NCBI RefSeq assembly: GCF_000019345.1 | Contig: NC_010503.1 | Coordinates: 120,001-152,000, forward strand | Direction: 5' to 3' | Origin: Ureaplasma parvum serovar 3 str. ATCC 27815 | GTDB lineage: Bacteria; Bacillota_I; Bacilli_A; Mycoplasmatales; Mycoplasmoidaceae | Length of the DNA: 32,000 nt | Part shown: positions 1 to 7,733 of the stretch, piece by piece | Position numbering within the stretch: position 1 is the first letter of the stretch | Layout: each line of letters begins with the position of its first letter | The notes under the pieces: generated by a model | Database searches by the model: none | The model's input: only the letters and a program-made list of their open reading frames with translations | Told to the model about the DNA's origin: nothing | Translations under genes and position numbers: made by a program

Positions 1-187
1 TATTTGATCTGGTAAAATAAATGTGTGTTCCATTTTATCTATACCAAAACAATTTTCTAATTTACATTTAATTTTATTTAAATTAATAATCTCATTTCTT
101 TAAAAATATATGCTAAATTATATAATTAAAATAAGTACTAATTGTAACGCTATTATTGTTTCAAATATTTTTTATTTTAATGTTCAT

Positions 188-3100
188 TTAACCACGGAAT
201 TTTTCAAAATATTCGAGTAATTTTTCAGTAGCATTTTCTTTTATTTTAGACCTATTACTATTCTGATTACTTTTTTTAAAAAAAGAGGTAGGAGGCATTA
301 AATTAACAATATCTACTCCATTTTCATTAAATTCATTATTTTCAAATGCTTTTTTCATAAATTCAAATGTTTTTTTGTTATCTAATTTATTTTCATTAAT
401 TATTTTTATAAGCTCACTTTCTTTTTTATTTTTAATAAACTTACTCCATTCATTAAAAATATCAATTTCATCCTTATTAGGTAGTTTATTAATTTCATTA
501 ACAAATTCAATAATTAAATCTTTCTTTTTTCGCGCTTTTAGACTAGATAAAATATCTCTTTCTAGATCGTGATATTTAACTTCTTTTAGATCTTTTTTGA
601 GCTTTTCATTCATTAACTTAAGAATATAATCAACACCAATATCTTGTTGACTAATTAATTCAATTTTAAAATCAAGATCACTAACAATGCTATCTGTTTC
701 CATACGTTTTTTATCTTGATATTTATCACGCAACCCGATATATATACTTTGATAATCTTGCATTTCTGTACCAATAAGATCATCGTTTTGTTCAAATTCA
801 CTAAATTGTGAAAGCAAATTTTTATATTTTAAAATATCACCAAAAAGTTTAATAAAAATTCTTTCCTCTTCTTTTGTTCCATTAAAAGGAATTTTAAAGT
901 TACTTTTTAATTCTTCTACTAAGTTTCGATAACCTTGTATATATTGATTATCTTCATTATAATATCCTTCATAATATTCTTTAAATGATCTTAAAATAGC
1001 GATCGAAGAATTAATATTGCTCTCTGATGAAAATAATCTTAAAGCTTCATTCACTTCATCTTCTAAATTTATGAAAAAGACAATATTACCATTTGATTTA
1101 ACACCATTAAGAATTCGATTGGTTCGCGACATTGCTTGAATTAAACTATGATATTTTAGTTTTTTGTCCAATCATAATGTATTTAAAGTTGTTGCATCAA
1201 AACCTGTTAAAAACATATTAACAACGATTGCTATATCTAAGCTTCGATCCTTTAATCTCAAGCTAAAGTCTTTATAGTAATTATTAAAATTAGCATTATC
1301 TGTTGAGTATGATGTCCCAAACATTTCATTATAATCTTTAATCGCTTCATCAAGAAAATTACGTGAATCTAAATCAAGTTGATTAGTGTTTTCGTTATTC
1401 TCATCTAATAGTTCAAAATTAGAAAGTTCATTATCATTACTTTCTTGTTCGCTTGGTAAATAACTATAAATTAATCCAATTTTTAATTTTTCTTCTTGAG
1501 GAAATTTTTGTTGTTGTTTTTTAAATTCTGAATAATATATTTTAGCTGCATTAATAGAAGAGCAAGCTAGAATAGAATTAAATCCATTTAGTGTTGTTAA
1601 TACTTTATTTTCGCTTAATTTATTTCTGCTAGTAATAACTTCATTTATATTAGCAATCTTATTATGTTCAAAAAATTCTTCATTTCTTTTGGTTAAACGA
1701 TTATAGTTTTTTAAAATAAAATCAACAATTTCAGAAATACGAATCGGATTTTCCAAAGCTTCTTTTTTATCTATTCCAGTTGATGATGTTTCATCGTCAA
1801 TGTCATCTTTTTCGCTAAGTGTTTTATAATACTCCGTTCTAAAACCTAAAACATTACCATCACGAATAGCTTTATCAATTGTATATTTATGTAAACAAGC
1901 TCCAAAAAGATGCTCTGTTGTAAAGAAAATATTTTTATTTTTGACATTACTATTTTCTTCTAAAATAGGTGTGCCTGTAAACCCAAAAATCATATATTTT
2001 TTAAAAGATTTTTTAGTAATTTTTTTATGTAAATCACCAAATTGAGAACGATGACATTCATCAAAAACAAGAACAACATTTTTAGAATAAATAGGATGTT
2101 TTGGATTTTTACTAATGAATATGCCAAGTTTTTGAATGGTTGTAATAATAATTTTATTCTCTTGATTTCCAATTTGCTTAGCTAGTTCATTAACATTTGT
2201 ATTAGCACTAACACATCCTTTAGAATACTTTTCATATTCTTTTGTTGTTTGATAGTCTAAATCTTTTCGATCAACAACAAATAGAACCTTATCCACACCT
2301 TCAATTTCTTTTGCTAAAGCGGCAGTTTTAAATGATGTAAGAGTTTTTCCGCTTCCTGTTGTGTGTCAAATATAACCACCAGCGCCTGTAGTTCCTAATA
2401 ATTTTTTATCATTTAAAGAAATCTTAATTCGATTAATAATTCTTTCAGTTGCAACAATTTGGTATGGTCTTAAAACCATTAACGTATTATCGCTTGTAAA
2501 AACACAATATTTTGTCAAAATATTTAAAATAGTATGTTTAGCAAAAAAGGTCTGACAAAAATCGATTAAATCAAGAATTTGATTATTTTTTGAATCAGCT
2601 CAGTATGATGTAAATTCAAAAGAATTACTTGTTTTTTTAGAGTTTGTATTATTTCTTTCTTTTATAGAAGTTTCTCTAGTTGTATTTGAATAATATTTAG
2701 TTTGTGTACCATTAGAAATAACATAAATTTGCGTGTAAAGATATAAATCTGTAAACGAATGATTTGCATATCTTTTAATTTGATTAAAAGCTTCTTTAAG
2801 ATTAGTTCCTCGTCTTTTTAGTTCAATATGTACTAATGGAAGTCCATTAATCAAAATAGACACATCATATCGTGTTTTTTGTTGATTATCTAAATTGTTA
2901 TTTTGATATTGATTAATAACTTGAATAGAATTATTATGAATATTATTTTTATCAATTATCTTTATATTTTTGGTGATACTATCTTTATCTTTTTTTAAAG
3001 GGTAGCTATAATCTTCATGAATTTTTTTTGATCTTGCTTCAATTCCATCATTAGGATTTAATAAATAAGTACTTAAAAAAGATTCTCATTCATTATTAGT

Positions 3101-3325
3101 AAATTGATAATTATTAAGTTTTTCGATTTGTTTTCTTAAATTATTTTTTAAATCATTATTATTTTTAATAGGTAAGTATTCATAACCTTGTGCAATTAAT
3201 AATTTAATAAATGTTTCTTCTAATTCAGCTTCACTTTCAAATTTATTCGAATGAACTTTAATTGATTTAAATTCAGCAACAACCGTTGAATTTTCATGTT
3301 CTGCTAATAGTACCTTATTTTCCAT
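188..3325 (-). CDS. hsdR: Type I restriction endonuclease subunit R (HsdR), about 1045 aa, intact when UGA=Trp
   Basis: ORF track pieces 3325..3086, 2863..2600, 2296..1172 and 1171..188 share one frame and are joined by in-frame TGA (e.g. GGYI-W-HTTGSGKT; DATTLNTL-W-LDKKLKYHSL). Helicase/translocase motifs HTTGSGKT, VFDECHRSQFG, FGFTGTP, FLTGFDATTLNTL, QAMSRTNR; N-terminal YDVSILINGLPLVHIELKRRG nuclease region. Confidence 0.95.
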
Positions 3326-3345
3326 AATATAAAAACAAACTCCTT

Positions 3346-4022
3346 TTAATATTTTTTAAAATCTAATAATTTATTTCGATAGTATTCATATTGTTTTTTG
3401 CGTTGTTTGATTTCAAAAGGTAATCCTACGCCAATATCTTTTGTATATGCTTCTAATTTATCTAGGATTTCAACAATTTTATTTTGGATTGAAATGTGAG
3501 GGATAGGAATTAATAATTCAATAATCTCTATCATGTTTGGATGTTTTACAGATGCACCACGATAATTTTCTTCAATAAGCATTTTATTTGCTATCAAAAA
3601 ATAGTAAATAAATTTTAAATTACATTCTTTTTTGTTTTTTTGTGAAAAAATTATATTTAAACTATCTATGAAATAACCATTATAGTATTTTATTATTGGA
3701 GAACCACCAGATGGCAAAGCAATTATTTCGCCATAATTAATATTATTATCATTTTCATTATATTTTATATATCCATCATACAATCCTGTTGAAAGAAGTT
3801 TAACATTACCAAAATTACACTTTTCATATCGTTTTAATTCGTTTGCAGATATATGCTTAAATGACAATATTTCATTTTGTTTTTCTTTTGGAACTCCTTT
3901 AAATTTTTTGTCAAAATTAACTATTTCTCAAAGTTTTTTATATTTAACATTGTTTTGAACTAATTTTTCATATATATTCTTTAATGTTCAAATGTAATCC
4001 CTACTTAGCTCTCTCTCTCTCG
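3346..4022 (-). CDS. hsdS: HsdS fragment: orphan target-recognition module plus C-terminal conserved region, with no start codon of its own; in frame with the upstream fragment only if the GA tract changes length
   Basis: Open frame with UGA=Trp: ...STRERELSRDYIWTLKNIYEKLVQNNVKYKKLWEIVNFDKKFKGVPKEKQNEILSFKHISANELKRYEK...LLIPIPHISIQNKIVEILDKLEAYTKDIGVGLPFEIKQRKKQYEYYRNKLLDFKKY*. IPIPxISIQxKIVxILDK is the typical HsdS conserved region. Confidence 0.85.
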
Positions 4023-4305
4023 TGCTATATTATCAAAGTCTAATAATTTATTACGATAATATTCGTATTGTTTTTTACGTTGTTCGATTTCAAGAGGAAG
4101 TCCAGTATTAATATCTTTCGTATATGTTTCCAATTTATCTAAAATCTCAACAATTTTATTTTGGATTGAAATGGGCGGAATAGGGATTATGATTTCTTGC
4201 ATAACATTACTCATTAATTTTGGATTTCCTGATGCTTGATTTACATGTTTTTTAGTAATTTTTCTCAAAATAAAGCTCAAATATTTTGTGTTTAAATTAG
4301 AATTA
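4005..4305 (-). CDS. hsdS: HsdS fragment, 5'-truncated at the recombination site: C-terminal part of a TRD plus conserved region
   Basis: Minus-strand frame reads NSNLNTKYLSFILRKITKKHVNQASGNPKLMSNVMQEIIIPIPPISIQNKIVEILDKLETYTKDINTGLPLEIEQRKKQYEYYRNKLLDFDNIARERES*. It begins abruptly at the AATTAGAATTA site, directly back-to-back with hsdM-C. Confidence 0.85.
4009..4021 (-). repeat. Dinucleotide microsatellite (GA)6G on the minus strand inside hsdS (putative phase-variation tract)
   Basis: + strand ctctctctctctc at 4009-4021. The frame upstream ends ...RERES* immediately after the tract; the -2 frame continues into a further TRD plus conserved region. Confidence 0.85.
4147..4188 (-). repeat. 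42-bp perfect inverted copy of 5807-5848, within the HsdS conserved region (partial third copy at 3470-3496)
   Basis: tcaacaattttattttggattgaaatgggcggaatagggatt at 4147-4188 is the reverse complement of 5807-5848; 3470-3496 shares the first 27 nt. Confidence 0.85.
4295..4305 (+). other. Putative recombination site A (AATTAGAATTA); junction of truncated hsdS (minus) and truncated hsdM (plus)
   Basis: 11-bp core shared with 6829-6839 (direct) and 6290-6300 (inverted). Coding homology switches from HsdS to HsdM exactly here. Confidence 0.75.
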
Positions 4306-5393
4306 ATGAACTTGATCTAGGTAATTATCAAGATAATACAATCGATGTGTTCGGTGATGCTTATGAATACTTAATGAGTATGTATGCTGCAAATGCAGGT
4401 AAATCAGGGGGAGAATTTTTCACCCCTCAAGAAGTTAGTGAACTATTAGTAGAATTAACATTAATTGATTTTAATAATGAAAATAAAGATGTTAGAAGAA
4501 AAATTGGAAAAGTTTATGATCCATGTTGTGGTTCTGGATCATTACTTTTAAAGTATGCAAAATTAAATGAAGGAGTTAAATTTTATGGTCAAGAAATTAA
4601 TCTTACTACGTATAATTTAGCAAGAATTAATATGTTTTTGCACAATATAGGTTATGATAAATTTGATATCAAATTAGGTGATACATTACTAGATCCTAAA
4701 CATAATGATGATAAACCTTTTGATGCAATTGTTTCAAATCCTCCATATTCAACAAAATGGGAGGGAAAATCAAATCCTTTATTAGCTAACGATGAGCGAT
4801 TTCATGTTACTCAATTAGCACCTAAAGGAAAAGCTGATTTTGCTTTTGTATTGCATATACTTCATAATTTATCTTCTAGTGGAACAGCAGCTATAGTTAT
4901 GTTTCCAGGAACTTTATATCGAGATCATGCAGAACAAGATATTAGAAAATATTTAGTTGATAATGTTAATGTTGTAGATAGTGTGATTCAATTACCAGAT
5001 AATCTGTTTTTTGGAACAAGTATTTCAACATGTATTATAGTTTTAAGAAAAAACAAAAACAACAATGATAATGCTAATGGTATCTTGTTTGTTGATGCAT
5101 CAAAAGAATTTGTTAAATCTGGTATCAAAAACAAATTAACCAATGCTAATATTAAAAAAATAGTTGATACGATTCGTTTCAAAAAAGAAGTAACTTATTT
5201 TTCAAAACTTGTATCACGAGAAGAAGTTAAAAATAAAAACTATAATTTATCAGTTAACACATATGTGGAAAAAGAAGACACGTCAGAAAAAATTGATATT
5301 AAATTATTAAATATGCAAATTAAAGAAATTGTGGCTAAAATCGAAAAGTTAAGAAAAGAAATTGATGAAATTGTTTTAGAATTAGAAGAATAA
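4296..5393 (+). CDS. hsdM: HsdM C-terminal fragment, 5'-truncated at site A (methyltransferase catalytic domain)
   Basis: Open frame IRINELDLGNYQDNTIDVFGDAYEYLMSMYAANAGKSGGEFFTPQEVSELL...VYDPCCGSGSLLLKYAKL...PFDAIVSNPPYSTKW (NPPY N6-adenine MTase motif). Confidence 0.93.
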   Translation: MRINELDLGNYQDNTIDVFGDAYEYLMSMYAANAGKSGGEFFTPQEVSELLVELTLIDFNNENKDVRRKIGKVYDPCCGSGSLLLKYAKLNEGVKFYGQEINLTTYNLARINMFLHNIGYDKFDIKLGDTLLDPKHNDDKPFDAIVSNPPYSTKWEGKSNPLLANDERFHVTQLAPKGKADFAFVLHILHNLSSSGTAAIVMFPGTLYRDHAEQDIRKYLVDNVNVVDSVIQLPDNLFFGTSISTCIIVLRKNKNNNDNANGILFVDASKEFVKSGIKNKLTNANIKKIVDTIRFKKEVTYFSKLVSREEVKNKNYNLSVNTYVEKEDTSEKIDIKLLNMQIKEIVAKIEKLRKEIDEIVLELEE

Positions 5394-5396
5394 ATT

Positions 5397-6302
5397 ATGA
5401 ATAAAATTGAAAAATTAATTAATGAGTTCTGCCCTAATGGAGTGGAGTTTAAAAAATTAAAAAATATAATTACAGTGGCTCCTAAATCACCTTTTGGAGT
5501 TACAAAACTTTTAAAAATGGAAAAGGGAAATTATTTAACAATAACATCAGGGAAGAAATCATTTTATGTTGACAATTTTTTAGTTGATGGAGAATATATA
5601 TTTGTTAATGATGGCGGTCAAGCAGATATAAAATATAATTTTGGAAAAACAATGTATTCTGATCATATATTCGCATTCAAAGTAAATGAATATAACACAA
5701 AATATCTTTACTTCTATCTATTAAATATTTCTAATTTTATTAATAAAAAATTGTTTATAGGTAGTACATTAAAAAATTTAAATAAAAAAGAATTTTTAAA
5801 TCTTGCAATCCCTATTCCGCCCATTTCAATCCAAAATAAAATTGTTGAAATATTAGACAAGTATACAGAATTAGAAACAGAATTAGAAACAGAATTAGAA
5901 ACAGAATTAGAACTTAGAAATAAGCAGTATATATATTATCGCAATGAATTACTAAACTTTAATAAAAATCAAACATTATTAAAGAAAATAATGGACAGTG
6001 ATGATATAAAATCTATTGATCATAAAATTGAGTTTAAAAAGATTGAATATGTGTGTGAAATAAAAAGAGGTCAAGTATACTCTAAGGAATTTATTAATTC
6101 TAATAAAGGAAATTATCCAGTATATTCATCACAAAGTTTAAATGATGGTGTTTTAGGAAATATTAATAAATATGATTTTGATGGTGAATATGTTACTTGA
6201 ACTACAGATGGTGCATATGCGGGAACTGTTTTCTATAGAAAAGGCAAATTTTCAATAACAAATGTGTGTGGAATATTAAAGGTGTTTGATAATTCTAATT
6301 AA
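5397..6302 (+). CDS. hsdS: HsdS fragment: N-terminal TRD, central conserved region and start of a second TRD; 3'-truncated at site B
   Basis: MNKIEKLINEFCPNGVEFKKLKNII...IPIPPISIQNKIVEILDKYTELETELETELETELELRNKQYIYYRNELLNF...YVT-W-TTDGAYAGTVFYRKGKFSITNVCGILKVFDNSN* (UGA=Trp). Confidence 0.9.
5807..5848 (+). repeat. 42-bp inverted-repeat partner of 4147-4188
   Basis: aatccctattccgcccatttcaatccaaaataaaattgttga. Confidence 0.85.
5865..5912 (+). repeat. Four perfect tandem copies of a 12-bp unit ACAGAATTAGAA encoding (TELE)4 in the HsdS central region
   Basis: acagaattagaa x4, counted directly. Confidence 0.95.
6290..6300 (-). other. Putative recombination site B (TAATTCTAATT on +, inverted relative to A and C)
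   Basis: HsdS homology stops here, followed immediately by the hsdM 5' leader. Shares the 14-bp TTAATTAGAATTAT (minus strand) with site C. Confidence 0.75.
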
Positions 6303-6340
6303 CAAACTTAAAAATATAAATTTATAAAGGGTTTATAAAT

Positions 6341-6904
6341 ATGGATAATAAAAAAGAAATTGAACGAAACAATTTACATGCAACAATTTGAAAAATTGCT
6401 GATGAGCTCCGTGGCGCAATTGATGGATGAGATTTTAAACAATATGTTTTAGGAATATTATTTTATCGATATATATCAGAAAACTTAACTAAATATATTA
6501 ACGATAATGAGCATAAAATAGGTGATCATGATTTTAACTATGAAACATGTAATGATGATGATGTAGATGAAGAAATGAAAATAACCTTAATTAAAGAAAA
6601 AGGTTTTTATATTAAGCCGTCATTTTTGTTTGCTAATATTGTTAAAAATGCTGAAAAAAATGAAAATTTAAATGAAACTTTGGAAACTGTTTTTAACAAT
6701 ATTGAAGGATCATCCTCTGGTTATGATTCTGAAAAAAATTTAAAAGGGTTATTTAATGATATTGATGTTAATAATAGTCGTTTAGGAAGTACTACACAAG
6801 AAAGAAATAAAAGACTAGCAAGAATTTTAATTAGAATTATATATAAAAATATGGATTTATTAATTTTAAAACCATATATAAATAAAAAAGAGATTCCTAA
6901 TTAA
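6341..6904 (+). CDS. hsdM: HsdM N-terminal fragment, 3'-truncated at site C; start inferred from frame
   Basis: MDNKKEIERNNLHATIWKIADELRGAIDGWDFKQYVLGILFYRYISENLTKY...NNSRLGSTTQERNKRLARILIRI, then non-homologous tail IYKNMDLLILKPYINKKEIPN*. Typical HsdM N-terminal domain; UGA=Trp. Confidence 0.9.
6829..6839 (+). other. Putative recombination site C (AATTAGAATTA)
   Basis: HsdM homology ends here. Direct copy of site A, inverted copy of site B. Confidence 0.75.
6836..6864 (-). promoter_or_regulatory. Candidate hsd promoter pointing left, with TATAAT -10 overlapping site C (weak -35)
   Basis: Minus strand ...ccatatttttaTATAATtctaatt; TATAAT at 6841-6836. Confidence 0.4.
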
Positions 6905-6917
6905 CTTAGTAATCTCT
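6883..6917 (-). terminator. Rho-independent terminator for the minus-strand gene 6942-7508
   Basis: AGAGATT/AATCTCT plus CTAA/TTAG stem with TTAAC loop; aaaaaa on + at 6883-6888 is a U-tract on the minus strand. Confidence 0.7.
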
Positions 6918-6941
6918 ATCATTTAATTAAATACTTTTTAA

Positions 6942-7508
6942 TTAATGTTGGTGACTGTGATGATGATGGTGTTCATGTTCGTGACCACCACAGCAATCAT
7001 CTTTAGTTCCACCACAACATTCTTCTTGGGTTTCTGATGTTTTTGTTTCCGAGTCACAGCAAACTTCATGTTCATGTTCGTGACCACCACAACAATCATC
7101 TTTAGCTCCGCCACAGCATTCTTCTTCAACTTTTACTTCTGAATTACAACAAGCTTCATTTTCTTCATCGCTACAGCATTCATCTTCACAACAGCAATCT
7201 TCTTCATAATCATCATCTTCACTAAAATGAATATCTAAGAAAACTTCTGATAAATCTAATACTGTATCATTAGAAATTAAAAAAGCATCAATTTTTGCTT
7301 GTAACTCTTCTTTTTTAAGATCAAATAAAATGTTTGTTGATTCAAAATCAGCATAATTAATATACAACTCTGATCCTAGATCGCTTGTTTTATAAGCTTC
7401 ATCTCCACCAAGTTCTAAATATGAATCAATATCTTCTGGAAGAATATTAATTGTACGTGCGTTGTCTAAATTAATGTAAGAAACACCTGTTTTAATGTAT
7501 TTAGCCAT
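6942..7508 (-). CDS. Cys/His-rich putative metal-binding protein with duplicated EECCGG(A/T)[12 protein letters not shown] module and [10 protein letters not shown]-terminus
   Basis: 188-aa ORF; N-terminal about 100 aa of ordinary composition, then CC-pair and His-rich tail. Confidence 0.75.
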
Positions 7509-7733
7509 AAATATACTCCTTAATTATTAAATATTATTAGGTTTCACCTTATTATTTTATACCAAATATTTCATTCTTATATTTATGATTCAAAGAAGAT
7601 TATTTTTAATAAATAACCTAAGGTATTTAAATTATATATGTTTTTTATATTATATATTAAATTGTTATCATTTAAAATGATATAAATAAAATACAATTTT
7701 TATTATTAAAAACAATAACTATTAGGTATAAAT

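Noticed and set aside
1-187. AT-rich segment after hsdR as a possible small RNA or further hsd fragment
   Set aside because: No supported ORF, structure or copy of the AATTAGAATTA element was seen; the neighbouring context is outside the window.
188-3325. hsdR appears as four broken ORFs, suggesting a pseudogene
   Set aside because: All pieces are in the same frame and every break checked is UGA, which is Trp in this lineage.
3346-6302. CRISPR-like reading of repeated blocks in hsdS
   Set aside because: The repeats are few, of unequal spacing and encode the conserved HsdS regions; no cas genes or regular spacers.
4296-6904. hsdM split explained by simple sequencing error, frameshift or transposon insertion
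   Set aside because: The C-terminal part lies upstream of the N-terminal part with hsdS between them, and all breakpoints share one short motif. No transposase or target-site duplication is present.
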